Positions 49,506 to 63,021 of a DNA stretch of 64,000 bases are shown here, one piece after another (within the stretch, counting starts at the first letter, position 1; each line of letters starts with the position of its first letter). Position numbers and translations under genes: made by a program. The stretch lies in contig MU056050.1 of NCBI GenBank assembly GCA_013239625.1, positions 4,264,084 through 4,328,083 on the forward strand. The letters run 5' to 3'. Below the pieces are notes generated by a model. The model searched no databases. It was not told the DNA's origin and saw only the letters and a program-made list of their open reading frames with translations. Source of the DNA: Lama guanicoe (taxonomy: Eukaryota).

Positions 49506-51384
49506 TCAACCTATTAAATGATACCATAATTTTATTTTCATTATATTTATTATAATAATTATTATTATTTTATTTTATCACAAAAATATTATATAATTAT
49601 TACAAAATATAATTATTATTACAAAAATTAGATGATAGTGAGTTTTCAGAAACAAATAAAAGTTATTATTTATATCTTATTTTTCCCATAAATTATGTGA
49701 AATGGCTGCTTAGGACAATTGCAGTTTGAACTGTTTGCATTTCAAAACCAATGTATCAGTTACTTACCTTAATTCATGACTAAAATAATGAACTCATACA
49801 ACAAACTTAGTGAGAAATAGTTTCCCAATATCTAAGTGAAATACTTTCTATAAGCTTTCTTCTACAGCAGTTAGAGAAAATTAGCCTAACTCGTTAGGTG
49901 AAATGAAATAAGTAACTCATATCTAATTATAGACCTAATATCTGAACTATTTTTGCACAATACCAAGGTAATTCAATGGTCTTGAGGGGTGGATAGGAAA
50001 TGTGGATATGTAACCAAGTTACTTGAGATTAGGCTAACATAGCTAATGTTCTCACTTCAGATGAGTATGTTGGCTTAATAGAGTATTAGTGTAAGCACAA
50101 TCAATGTGTGTTGGAATATTAATATAGAACATAAAAGAATGACAGGAAATATGTAATATTAATATGTATAATATCATAGCTAGTGTCATACACTAATTGA
50201 CACGTACTATTCAGATCTGGATGTTGCTTCATGTTATGCCCTGATCTATACTGGGAAACATAACTAAGACTCTGTCTTATAATTCTAGCTACAAAGGAAA
50301 CTATTGTGGTTTTTGTTTGTTTCATTTTATTTTTACATCAAACCTGGCAAACATAGGCCAACTTCTCAGTAATTGAGCAGTACTGCTGAAGTCTCTTCTT
50401 TCACTTTGCACTAAATGAGAGTTACTGCCACGAGGAAAAGTGTTGTACGTACTGAGAGAATTCCACTTTTGCCAGCAGAAGACCAAGAAGTAAAGAATCA
50501 TGGTATATAGCTTACTTCAGAAAACTCCACATGTGAGATAAGTAAAGCTTTTAGTTTTCTAAACTTTGGGGTAAGCAAGGTTACAAACAAGATAATTGTT
50601 GTTTAATTTTTCCTGAGGAAATTCCTAAAGCATTTCTTCAAACAAATCTAACAAAGTTTTTCATCATCAAGGGAACCTCTCATTTAAAACTTTCTACTTT
50701 GTCAAGCAGATGTTTTCAAGAATCTTTTAAGCTGAGTATGTGTTAATGACTTTGAGACTTCTTAACAACTTCAAGTAAAGCTTTTCAGAGTGCCTTTGAA
50801 ACACATATAGTTACTATAATATTCAGTGTTTTAAATAAGTTAGATATGCAGTTCATCCAATGACCTGAGAAAGATCTTTTTAAAAATAAATGATTTGCAT
50901 GGAGAGTGCATTGTTAGTTACCCTACGACTGAATTGTACAGGATAAAATGATCTATTTCCCTATTTTTCATAAAATAATGATGTTGGGGCAGGGAAGGGA
51001 ACTACCATTTGATTTGGAGTTCTGTCAGGAGCCAGTGGTGGGGAATACAGCTTATTGGTTATGAATGAGTAGAAATGACACTCAAAGCCAAGACGATAAA
51101 TACTAGAAATGACAATGAGTAGGTAGAAATAGTGCCAAAAGGAGCTACATAAAGGTGTACAAACACACCTAAGGGAATTAACAATGGTGGGGGCCCAGTG
51201 GGGATTGTGTGTTGATGATGAATTGGATCTTGGCCACATTTTTACCTTCCACCTTCATCTTCATGCTCTTCAATTTCTTGGGATCACAGCCTGTCTAGAG
51301 AGAGCCTGAGATGCTGCAGTGGTCAGCAGCGCAGGAATGGAAGGCCTGGTGCACTAGGGCCACTGGGCTGAGAACCATACAGCA

Positions 51385-51775
51385 TCATTACTATGTCAAA
51401 GACGTTATATATGATGTACTATCTCATTCATCATCTCTGAAGCCACACTAGGCAAACATTGCATTATTATCCCATTCTACAGATCAGATAAACTTCTATG
51501 AGGTGGTGTTTCACACTGACTCACCCTTGAGGACGTAGTATACTTGAAGTGTCACACTCCTGGATACTAGGCCCTCTTCTGCCACACATCAGCCATGGGA
51601 GATTTGATGTTTTAAAAAGAATTTTTCTGAAACTCCGATTCTTAATCTGTAAAATAGAGATATATATATAATAAAGGTGACATTTCAGAGGTATCAGGAG
51701 GAGAGGAGATGATACATGTAGCATGAAATATAGCACCTTGATCGTAGTAAGTACTCAATATATGTTAGGGTCTTA
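51385..51775. mobile_element. Two MIRs in opposite orientation
   Basis: Antisense 'attattatcccattctacagatcagataaact' (~51465) and sense 'ttcttaatctgtaaaatagaga...agcaccttgatcgtagtaagtactcaatatatgttag'. Confidence 0.6.
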
Positions 51776-52009
51776 TGTCCTGAAAAATAATCAATTTTCT
51801 ACCTTTAACAAAAACTTGTAGGTCCAATATTATTTCTAAGCTCATGTCCATAAAACATAGTAACCTCACTGGAGAGCAACATAGTAGATTGTTGGAGCAT
51901 ATACATAGAGATAATTATAGATTATGTTTCAATAAATGACTGTTTTTATAATTTCAACATTAACTCAACATAGTTTCCGTATAGAGTTCCTGTAGTCTTG
52001 TGAAGAAGC

Positions 52010-52230
52010 AGAGTAGCAGACTGGTTCAAAGACGGCACAGTGGTAGACTCTGGGTAATCTAGGATCTGCCATTTACTAGCTGGCTGAGCTTGGACAGTTA
52101 TTTAGACTCTGTGTTTTTTGATTTCTTCATTTCAGCAAATGAAGATATTATTATTACTATTAAGTGAGATAATATGTATATTGCTCCCAGCTCATAGTAA
52201 GAGCTCAGTAAGTAGTAACCAATATTATTC
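52010..52230 (+). mobile_element. MIR SINE
   Basis: 'tctgccatttactagctggctgagcttggacagttatttagactctgtg...tttcttcattt...taagtgagataatatgta...catagtaagagctcagtaagtagtaacc'. Confidence 0.75.
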
Positions 52231-52250
52231 TTCCTTCAACATAGGCCATC

Positions 52251-52877
52251 TGTATTCGCTTCCCATTGCTCCTAAACAGGTGACCACCAATTGAGTGGTA
52301 ATGCTAACACAAATTTACTTTCTTATGCTTCTGTAGTCTGACATGTGTCCCCGTGGGACAGAATCAAGGTCTTAGTAAGGCTGTGTTCCTTTCTGGATGC
52401 TCTCAGGTGAATGTTCTTCCAATGTTATCCATATTACTGGCAAATTCAGTTTATTGTGGTTAAAAGACTGAAGCTCCTGCTTCCTGCGAGGATCCTATTT
52501 CTTGGCTGCCTGTCAGCTGAGAGCCATGTCCCCTTCCAGAGATGACTGCTGTTCCTTGGTTTGTGGCTTCCTTCACCCACCTTCAAGGTCAGCAGTAGGA
52601 GGCTGAGTCCCTCTCACACTTTGAATCTCTCCTGCCATCCTTCCACTACATCTCTCTGATTGACTCCTCGGCCTCCCTTTTTCCACTTTTAAGGGCCAGT
52701 GTGATAACATTGGACTCACCTGTACAATCCAGGAGAATTTCCCTATATTTAAAGTTCTTAACCCAGACTCCATCTTCAGAATTTCACTTGCCAGGTAACA
52801 TAAAACACTCACAGGCTGGGGGTTAAGACATGGATATATTTGGGGGGGGGGTGGGGGGTACTGTTCTGCTTACCACA
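52251..52877 (-). mobile_element. MaLR solo LTR, MLT1E-like, complete
   Basis: Ends 'tgtattcgcttcccattgct' and 'ctgttctgcttaccaca'. Internal 'ggctgagtccctctcacactttgaatctct', 'ttccacttttaagggcc...cattggactcacc'. Candidate 5-bp TSD ccatc/ccatg. Confidence 0.9.
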
Positions 52878-53429
52878 CCATGAGACTCCCTCCTCCAGTT
52901 CTCTCTGAAATGTGTACTTGTAATAACCAATTCAGAATTTTATGCACATTCAGTCAGCACTTAAAATAAAACTTTTTGGTTATTGCAAAGAAGTAAAGGT
53001 GTGCTTCAGCTGCTTAAGACTATAATGAAAGATATTGATTCTCTACTTAAACAGTCGTATAGTGAACATATAAATAGAGCTATTGACACATTGAATTTGT
53101 TTTCTTAAATTTATTTATACTCCTTCTCAAAAAGTTATCATATAATTAAATAATTACTGTAATCTACTATTAATTGGAGAAATAACTCCAGGGTAATTGA
53201 AATAAAAGCAATTTCCTTACACTATCGGCAAAAATCCTCTAAATTTGTAATTGTAACATGAAGTTTATGTTATCTCTTTCATATTTAATTTTCTACCCTG
53301 TTCTACAAAGCAAACGTTGATTATTGTAGGCATAGCTCTTACAAATGTATTTAAGATGAACTCAGAATAAATGTGTAAGGTTTTGCAAATTAAGAATTAA
53401 TTTAATGACCAACTCCATTCAAGCATTTA

Positions 53430-53665
53430 GAAAGCAGCTGTCATCTGTGAGGCTTTCTCTAAGTGATGGGACTTTAACAATAAAGCAGATAAGGCTTGTT
53501 CTTCTCCCTGTGGAAGTTTCCCCAGCATGGGAGGCAGATGAATGAAGAGATCATTTGAATTCAGTACGTTATAGACTCTGATAGAAGGCTGCATTAGGAG
53601 CAGCAGGAGTGCAGGGAGCCAACCCAGCACCTGAGTGGGAGACTGAGAAATTTTAAATGGTAGAG
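53430..53665 (-). mobile_element. L2 fragment
   Basis: 'ttctaagtgatgggactttaacaataaagcagataaggcttgttcttctccctgtggaagtttcccagcatgggaggcagatg'. Confidence 0.6.
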
Positions 53666-55084
53666 GTGAAGTATGCTGTTATAAACAGTACCTAGATGTT
53701 TAGGTTGGCTGTTTACATAACAGAAGTAAAATAACCATGGCTAACTACATTTGTATTCAAATACTGGATGGTACACCTATGATGCACATATTAGAGAATG
53801 AATATTCAGTGGCTTGATATGTTATTTCCTGTGACTTGAAAGAGCAAGAACTCACACCATGCCAAAAAAAAAAAAACCCACACACGTTATTCCCCTATGA
53901 ATTGAGTAATAACATTGTTAAATTAGTGAAGATAAAATTGAAATTAAACCTCTGTATTTCAGGGATTCAGAGACAAAAAATATGTACATATTTCTGTGGA
54001 ACACATTATGAAAACCACAAGAACAGTACTTAGTAAAACTGTAGTTTTCAAAATGTCATGTTAATGCAATAAAAACACCTGAGGTAACTCAAGAGATTAA
54101 AAAGTAATATTTTATCAGCAAGTCCTTGATTTATGGATAGAACTTGTGCAGTTTTATTGGCACAGTTGCCTATTATGTGTTCTGCAACAGCGCTTTTAAT
54201 TTTAAACTCCTCTATTGTCATAACTCCACACAGTAGTTTGCAAACATTTTGGTTGTTGTTGCTGTTGTTTTGCAGAGGGTTAAAACTCTTACTGTTCATA
54301 TCTCCATTAGTTTAAAAATCAGATTGCTGGGGGATGGGAAGAAAAGACATTTTTTTAATGGAGCATGGCTTCTTGATCAATGATTGTATCAAATCATAAC
54401 TTCAAGAGTATATTCATTGGCTGAATGTAGTCATTTCTTGGCCAGGTTAATGTCTTGAAGTTATTCTTATAAAAGTGACTGTATAAATTTCCATTCCATT
54501 TTAGTATTTTACATGAACATAAAAACCTGATGCAAAGCCTAACTGTTAAAAAAAAGAAAACTGTAATGCTCTGCATATTACAGGGATTAAAACAAATTTG
54601 GCTGAAGGTTTTCAAGCATTAATTTTAAATATTTTTTTGTGAATGTTATCTATAAAAGCATACTTTCCAAATCCCTCCTGGGTGATTATCAGTGAATTAT
54701 TTAAAATTTCCATTGTACTCTGCTTTCAGATCAGCTAACTGTCCATTCAGTATTTTTTAAGCTGAGCCCCTAGCCAATATCACATTATAAATTCATTTAA
54801 CTATCCCTGGCACATTTAGAGCCATACTTTTACTGCAGCTCAATGAAGCCTTCTGCTGTATGTGATGAACAAGTTAAGTTATGGTAATAAATGAACAATG
54901 GGATAGAATTAGCTGGTAATGGAAGGTGTTATGAACACTAGCAAGGTCAAGTAGATAGGTCAGGAATATTATTTGATTTTATGCTTTCATATAGATCTAC
55001 AAACACATTGTTTTTATTTGTCACTTTGTGCTATTTGTTGTTAGAGAAATGTTATTTCAAGAGCAGTGTGGCCAAATCTGACAA

Positions 55085-55200
55085 TCTTTCATGCATGCAT
55101 GCATGCATCCGTACTTTATTGCGCACTTACTGTGCTTCAGACAGTGTATTAAGGATGGGTGGATACAAAAATATTAACAGATAGTCGTGCTTCCATCCCA
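55085..55200 (-). mobile_element. L2 3' end
   Basis: (CATG)n/(CATT)-type tail followed by 'tactttattgcgcacttactgtgcttcagacagtgtattaagg...ggatacaaaaatattaacaga'. Confidence 0.65.
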
Positions 55201-55394
55201 TAGTATTACAATGACAATATGAATCACTTTCTATGAAAATACAAAGGAGAAAATAAAATTATATTGGGTGAAGGGCCAGCAGGAGGGGCACATACACATT
55301 TGGAGAGATAGATGAGCCATTTTGGAAGGGGTCTGTTAATTGCAGTGAAGAGTATTAAATCAGGCTAAAGAAAATAGGTATCTGCACCAAAAGT

Positions 55395-55880
55395 GACAGT
55401 TAGATAGGGTTCCATTGCTAAAGAATTTTAGCAGGACCCCAAATAACAGTGGTTACAAGAATATGGTTTATTGCAGAAATATAATACAACATAGAAACCA
55501 CATTAAAGTTAATACATGAATCACAATCAAAGACTGTCTCACAGCTTTAGGTCTGGAAAGGCTGGACACAGGTTTCCACTGTGCTCCCTTTGAAAACCCA
55601 CTTTTGCTGTGTAATCAACCCCAGTATCAGAGGCCCCGGGGTCCTCACTGAGACCGGTGCAAGTCATTAATCTCAGTGTTAACAATAAAAGCTGAAAAGC
55701 AGAGACAAAACTCCCTGAAACTACTTGGACCCACAGTGACAAAAAAAAAAAATGCATGCCTGGACCAGGGATCAGTGCCAGGCAGGTATATTTCTTATTT
55801 CAGTAAAACAGCCCAGGACAATGCTAAGCCTGCTTGTATTAACCTTCACAGCATAGTATTCAATGGAGAATTCTGGGCAC
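55395..55880 (-). mobile_element. Probable solo LTR (MER68/MER77/MER21-like)
   Basis: TG...CA-bounded ~490-bp GC-richer block. Antisense polyA signal in 'ggtttattgcagaaatataataca' and 'gtctggaaaggctggacacaggtttcc' resemble this LTR group. Family uncertain. Confidence 0.4.
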
Positions 55881-58800
55881 AGGATGAATAAATAATTACA
55901 ACAGATATTCTTTGACTATGCATTGCATTTCAATTTAAAATAAATTAGGAGGTGAGAATTTCCCAGGGACTTTTCTTTCATGTTTCAATATGTTGTTAGG
56001 AGTGACAAAAAAGGAAATCTATTTTGAATGTTTTTGATTCAAATCAGATTTTAAACCTATGTTATGATGGATACATAATCAAAAATGTCACTTTAAAATT
56101 TAAATTATTTCAACATTTTAGAATTTAAACATGCGGTTAGCTACAATTACAAAGAATGCATAATATTTTTGAATAGTAAAGTGCAAAAAAAGTCTTATCT
56201 ATCAAAAGTCATTACTTTCTTCTCTATTCTCATTGTTCTTAGAATAAATCCAAATGTTCTTAATATGACCTCCAAGATCCAATATGCTGTCACCCTGACT
56301 TCCCTATGCCAATCTCATTGTACCCAATGACCCCTTTTATAACTTTTTGTTGCTTATTGCTCTGGTTGGTGCCTCAAGCAATTCTGAAAATAAAGCAGTG
56401 AGAGTGGACACCTTTATTTTGATCCTGATCTTAGGAGAAAAACATTCAGTCTTCCACAATTAAGTATGATGGTAACTATGGGTTTTTCTTAGATGACCTT
56501 TATCACGTTGAGGAAATTTACTCCTATTCTTAGCTTGATTGTTTTTTATAATAAAAGGATATTAGATTGGGTCAAGTGCTCTTTCTACATCTATTGAGAT
56601 GATCTTGTGATGTTTTTCCTTTATTCTATTAATATGATGTTTACATTGACAGATTTTTTTATGTGGAGCTAACCTTGCATTCTCCTATGATAAATCCCAA
56701 ATGATCGTGGTATATAATACTATTTATATGTTACTGGATTCAGCTTGCTAATATTTTGTTGAGGATTTTTGCGTCTATATTCATAAGGTGATATTGGTCT
56801 CTAGTTTTCTTTTCATGTGATGTCTATGTCCAGTTTCGGTATCAAGATTAACACTGGCCCCACAGAATGAGTTAAGAAGTGTATGCTCCTAATTTTTGGA
56901 AAATTTATGAGGGATTACTCAAATGTTATTCCAAATGTTTGGCAGAAATTACCAGGGAACCCACTGGGCTGAGGATTTTTGCTATAAGTTTTTCTATTTC
57001 TGTTTGCTTGTTTATTTTACTTACTTCTTACTTCTCCTTACTTGTTATATATCTATTCAGATTTTCTATTTCTTCTTATGTCAGTCTCAGTATTTTGTGT
57101 CTTTTTAGGAAGATGTCCATTTCATCTCAATTATCTAATTATTTGACATTCAGTTGACTTATAACATTGCCTTATAATCACTTGTATTTCTTTAAGGTCT
57201 ATGTTGGTGTCCTCTCTTTCATACTTAATTTAAGTAATTTAAAATTACCCTCTTTCTTTCTTACTCATTGTAGCCAAGGTTTCTCAATTTTGTTGCTTTC
57301 TTCAAAGAACCAACTTTTGCCTTCATTGATAAATCTCTATTTTCTGTTTTCTATTTTATTAATTTCAAGTTTTTATTCCTTCCATTCTCTTGCTTGGCTT
57401 TTGTTTACTCTTCTGTTGTTAGTTTCTTAGCATGGACACTGAAGTTATTGAATTGACATCTTTCATCTTTCTTAACATTGATGTTTATAGTTACAAATTT
57501 CCTTCTAAGCAGTGCTTTTGCTGTATAACATAAGTTTTGATATATAGTGTTTTCATTTTCATCCTTCCCATAGTGTTTTCCATTTCTCTTGTGATTTCTT
57601 CTTTAATACACTAGTTATCTAAGAACGTGCTTTTTAATTTCCACATATTTGTGAATTTCCAAATTTCCTTCTATTAATGCTTTCTGATGTCATTCCATGT
57701 GATCAGAGAATACAATTTGTATAATCTTATCCTTTTTAAATTTAGGTTTATTTTGTTTAGGTTTATTTTGTTACCTAAAATATGGTCTCTCCAGAAAATT
57801 GTTCTATGTGCCCTTAAGAAAAATGTGTATTCTGCTATTGTTGGGTGGAATGTTCTACAGATGTTTGTTAGGTCTAGTTAGTTTGTAATGTTGTTCAAGT
57901 CTTCTGTTTCTTTGTTGATATCCTGCCTACTTGTTTTAGCCATTATTTAAATGGGATGTTGAAATCACCAACAATAATTGTTGAAATATCTGTTGTTCCA
58001 TTTAAATCTGTCAGTTTTTTTATGTATTTCGGAGCTGTGATAAGTGCATATAAGTTTGTAATTGTTATGTTTTCTCAGTGGCTTTACTTTTTTATCATCA
58101 TAAAATCCTTTTTGTTTCTAGTACCAATTCTTATTTTATTATCTAGTTTGTCTTTATTAGTATTGCCACTTTAGCTTTCTCGGGTTAGAGTTTTCATCTT
58201 ATTTCTTTTATTTTTCTATCCTTTTGTTTTTAACCTACTTGTGTCTTTGGATCTAAAGTGTGTCTCTTTTACACAGCAGATAGTTGAATCATGACTATTT
58301 TTGTATCCACTCTTCTAGTCTCTGCCTTTTGCTTGCAGTATTTCGGCCATTTGCATTTAATGTAATTACTGATAAGGTAAGATTAGTTTCTTCCATTTTC
58401 TATTTGTTTTCTATATGTTCTATTCCTTTCTGCTTCTTTGTTTCTCCATTATTGATTTTTTTGTGTTAAATTTATATTACATAGCAAACCATTTTAAGTT
58501 CTTTATTGTCTCTTTTACCATATTTTGTGGAATTACATTCCCAGTGGTTGTTCTATGGTTACAACTGATGTTTTAACTTAAAAAAATCAAGTTTGGATTG
58601 TCATCAATTTAATTTAAGTAGCATAAAAACTTTGCTAAAATATATGAGGTTATTGTAACACAAATTACATTTTTATACATCATCAACAAAGATTTTAATT
58701 TATTGTTTTATGTATTTGTATTTTAAAGCAGATTTTAGAAAAAAAGATTTACAAAAAGAAATATATTTATAATGTTTTTATATGTGCCAGGAGGTAACAA

Positions 58801-59015
58801 TGTACTTACCTGTACTGGTGCTTCTTATTCTTTTGTGTGGGTTTGAATTACTGTCTAGAGGCCTTTCATCTCACCCTAAAGGATTACCTTTAGTATTTCT
58901 GGTAGGGAAAGCCTATGAATAATAAACTCCTTCAGTCTGGTATATCAAGGAATGTCTTAATTTCTCTTTCATTTTTGATGGCTAATTTACTAGATATAGA
59001 ATTCAGTCTTTCAAC

Positions 59016-60070
59016 CTATGGAATGGGAAAAAATTTTTACAAATGAAACTGACAAAGGCTTGATCTCCAGAATATACAAGCAGCTCATAAGACTTAATAA
59101 GAAACAACCAAACAACCCAATCCAAAAATGGGCAGAAGACCTAAACAAGCAATTCTCCAAGGAAGACAGACAAATGATCAATAGGCACATGAAAAAATGC
59201 TCAATATCACTAATTATCAGAGAAATGCAAATCCAAACTACAATGAGGTATCACCTCACACCTGCCAGAATGGCCATCATTCAAAAGTCCACAAATGACA
59301 AATGCTGGAGAGGGTGTGGAGGAAAGGGAACCCTCTTTCACTGCTGGTGGGAATGCAGTTTGGTGCAGCCACTGTGGAAAACAGTATGGAGATTCCTCAA
59401 AAGACTAGGAATAGACTTACCATATTACCCAGGAATCCTGCTCCTGGGCATATATCCAGAAGGAGCTCTACTTCAGGATGACACCTGCACCCCAATGTTC
59501 ATAGCAGCATTATTTACAATAGCGAAGACATGGAAACAGCCTGAATGTCCATCAACAGATGACTGGATAAAGAAGAGGTGGTATATTTATACAATGGAAT
59601 ACTACTCAGCCTTAAAAACTGGCAACATAACACCATTTGCAGCAACATGGTTGCTCCTGGAGAATGTCATTCTAAGCCAAGTAAGCCAGAAAGAGAAAGA
59701 GAAATACCATATGAGATCACTCATATGTGGAATCTAAAAAAAAAAAAAAAAGCAAACAAACAAAGCATAAATACAAAACAGAAACAGACTCATAGACATA
59801 GAATACAAACTTGTGGTTGCCAAGGGGGCGGAGGGTGGGAAGGGATAGACGGGATTTCAAAATTGTAGAATAGATAAACAAGATTATACTGTATAGCGCA
59901 GGGGAATATACACACGATCTTATGGTAGCGCACAGGGAAAAAAATGTGCCAATGAATATATATATGTCCATGTATAACTGAAAAATTCTGCTCTACACTG
60001 GAATTTGACACAACATTGTAAATTGATTATAAATCAATAAAAAATGTTAAAAAAAAAAGAACACAAACTA
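59016..60070 (+). mobile_element. Young lineage-specific 5'-truncated L1 (~1.05 kb)
   Basis: Uninterrupted ORF2 C-terminus, A16 after the stop, G-rich 3'UTR tract (59824-59845), AATAAA at 60036-60041 and an A-tail. Perfect 9-bp flanking repeat tctttcaac at 59007-59015 / 60071-60079. Confidence 0.95.
59018..59737 (+). pseudogene. L1 ORF2p C-terminal 239 aa (Cys-rich domain), 5'-truncated with no EN/RT
   Basis: MEWEKIF...[19 protein letters not shown]...[30 protein letters not shown]...[19 protein letters not shown]...YTMEYYSA. No internal stop or frameshift. Confidence 0.92.
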
Positions 60071-61949
60071 TCTTTCAACAGTTTGAATATGTCATTCCAC
60101 TGCCTTCTGGTCTCCATGGTTTCTGACAAGAAGTCTGCTGTTAAGTTTATTGAAGATCTTTTGTACATGATGAATTGCTTTCCCCTTGGTGCTTTAAAGA
60201 TTATCTTTTTGTTTTTGTCTTTTAGCAGTTTGATTATCATATGTTCAGGTTTGTCTCTCTTTGAATTTATCCTGGTTGGAGTTCATTGAGCTCACTGAAT
60301 TTTTAATTATTTTTTCCATCAAATTTGGTAACATTACAGTTATTATTTATTCAAATATTGATTGTGCATCTTCCTCTCCCTTCTCTCCTTGGACTCCCAT
60401 TATGCCTATCCTGATATTCCTGATAGTATTCTAAAGGTTTCTTAGGTTTTGTTCATTTTTCTTTATTCTGTTACCTTTGTCTTCCTCAGACTGGATAGTT
60501 TCATTTGACTTATCTCAGATTCACTGATTCTTTCTTGTGCCTCCTCAAATCTGATGTTGAATCCCTTTTGTGCATTTTTTCATTTCAGTTATTGTACTTT
60601 TCAACTACAAAATTTAATTTACTTTTATATACTTTCTATACCTTTATTGACATGCTATACTTGGTGAAACATTCTCATAATATCTTTTATTTATCTAGAC
60701 ATTGTTGTCTTTAGTTTTTGAACTGATTAATAAGAACTGATTTAAAGTCTTTGTCTAGTAAGTTCAAAATTTGTGCTTCCTCAGGGAAAATTTGTATTCA
60801 TTTGGTTTTCTTTATTATGGGCCACACTTTCCTCTTTCTTTGCATGTCTCAATTTTTTTTCTTTAAAACTAGACTTTTAAAATACAATAATGTGGCCAAA
60901 ACCTGTTTATCAGTTATTGTTGTTGCTCTCCTGCTTGCTTGTTTATTTGTTCTGTGATGTCCTTGAATCATCCTGTAAAGTCTGTATTTATTGTTGTGTG
61001 TGGCCATTGATGTATCTTAATTGAAGATAATGGTTGTAGAGAGATATACTTAAATTCATTGAATGAATAGTTCTTTTATCCTTACCAAGAGCCTCTGTAT
61101 GTGTGTTGAGACACACTTCTAATACTTAGGTAGGAAATTTACAACTCTGCCTTAGCCTTCATTTCCTGATTGGGGAGAGACTCAAGGTCAGCCAGAGATA
61201 AGAAATTAAGGCCCTCTCAGATCTTTCCTAGGCATGGAAACAGTGTAGCACATGCATGTGGCCTTCTAGACTCCCAGGAATATGTAAGAACTTTTAAAAG
61301 TCCTTTATGAACATCTAATTCCTCAGGTTTTTTTTTTTTTTAGTTCTTTGCTTAACCTCTAGTTAGTCTCAGCTAGTATTGTTATCTCAGTCAGCTGAAA
61401 TGTTAAACAGTTGCTGCTGATTATTTTCCACAACCTAGGGATGCTCGTGCAAAGTGAGATCTGAGCCAGGTCAGATAAAAGCAAACACTGAAAATAGAGC
61501 TTTTTAGGGAGCTTCCAAAAGGTTTCATAGTGACAATTCTCTGTGGATGGTGATTTTCAGAAACTAAACCAGCTATGCCCACTAATGTGCTGCTTTTCAC
61601 AGATAAGCTCATTGTGATGCTATAGGTTTTAAACTCTACCACAGAGCTAAAGAGAAAAGGATAGAAATAGGGCAAGTTAAAATGTAAAAATGCTCACTGT
61701 TCTCACTGATAGTCAGCTGTTTTTCCTAAAAAAACATTGTTCAGATTTTACAAGATGTTGGTTAATTTCCAGAGTTACTAAAAAGTTGATTTTGACAATT
61801 TTTGCTGTCATTTTATTTCCTTCATGGAGGAGTGGGTTTTTGAGGTCATTACACTAACCTTCTGAAAATGTTTATTGCATAAAATATAATTTTTAAAGCC
61901 TATGTTCATAGTAACAACACTGCCCAAAAAAACACAAAGGAAAAAGCAG

Positions 61950-62090
61950 CAGAAACTAAAGAAGAAATGAACAGTTTAACAATCATACTAGGAGACTTCA
62001 ATGCACCCACTCTCATTAATGGATAAAACATCTAGATAGAACATTAGCAAGAACATAGGAGACTTAACACTACAAAACAACTTTACCTAA
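61950..62090 (+). mobile_element. L1 ORF2 endonuclease-region fragment
   Basis: 'acaatcatactaggagacttcaatgcacccactctca' encodes the IILGDFN motif of the L1 APE endonuclease. Confidence 0.7.
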
Positions 62091-62094
62091 AATA

Positions 62095-62373
62095 TGCTAC
62101 TACAGTATATCATTTACATGAACTGTCCAAGACAGGCAAGTCTATAGAAATAAAAAGTAAATTAGTTGTTGCCTACATTTGAGGTGGCAGACAAGGATTG
62201 ACTGCAAGGAGTTATGATGAATCTCTTTGGGGTAATGGAAATGCTCTAAAATCAGATTGTTGTGATATTTGCATTACTCTTTAAATGGACAAGAAATCAC
62301 TGAGTTACACATTTAAAATGAATGAATTGTATGGCATATAAATTATACTTCAGTGAAGTAATTTTTTTAAAAA
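62095..62373 (+). mobile_element. L1MB/L1ME 3' end
   Basis: 'gtccaagacaggcaagtctatagaaataaaaagtaaattagttgttgcc...tttggggtaatggaaatgctctaaaatcagattg...tgaattgtatggcatataaattatacttca'. Confidence 0.75.
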
Positions 62374-63021
62374 GTCCATGTCAATAAAAGTATGAACTCT
62401 TAGAATTTCAGTAAACTAGAACCTTGAGATAATCCATCTGTTATATCAGGAACACAGAGAATAATTAAACAATAGCAACAATGACCAAACAAACAAAAAA
62501 TACATGCTTTTAACTGTACATTTGTGTAAATGTGACATATCCTCATTTTATAACTTTATACCTGTTGAATTAAATAGAATACTACATGAATTCTCAATAA
62601 CTGTTACTTAAATATGATAGAATTATATTTTGATATAATCAGAAAATACTGGAATTATTAAAAAATTGAGAACAAATTTCATGGTTCATTGCTTTATTCA
62701 GACTTTTTCTAAAGTGTTTGAAAATTACCAAAGGCTTTTCTTGTAGAATTTTATATGAGTCATGGATATGCTGACAGATTATTGACATATTTCCACGTCA
62801 GTGTGAGGAATTTTAAAATCACCATAATACAGAAGATAAACTTGCAAACACTCTAGAATTAATCACTGTAACCACAAAATGAAATAAATGTATGACAGGT
62901 GAATCAATCATTCAAGAACATGATACTCGTTATGTTAATGTTTATAACGAGGTTCAATAAAATCAGTATCATTTTATTTGAAAAAAGTTTAAAACATTCT
63001 GTTTCTTAACAAAATAGATTT

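Larger units (their letters stand above)
56340..61870 (-). mobile_element. Large old L1MD-type element (5' UTR, ORF1, part of ORF2), interrupted at 59016-60070
   Basis: T-rich antisense L1 throughout: 'gagagtggacacctttattttgatcctgatcttaggagaaaa', 'gttgaggatttttgcgtctatattcataagg', 'aaaatgtgtattctgctattgttgggtggaatgttcta', and ORF1 'atgtcattccactgccttctggtctccatggtttctgacaagaagtctgctg'. The L1MD 5' end is at ~61400-61870. Confidence 0.85.

Noticed and set aside
5700..61870. Two same-orientation L1MD 5' ends (5.7-6.3 kb and 61.4-61.9 kb) as a segmental duplication or LTR pair
   Set aside because: They are heavily diverged independent copies of a common old repeat, and the flanks are unrelated.
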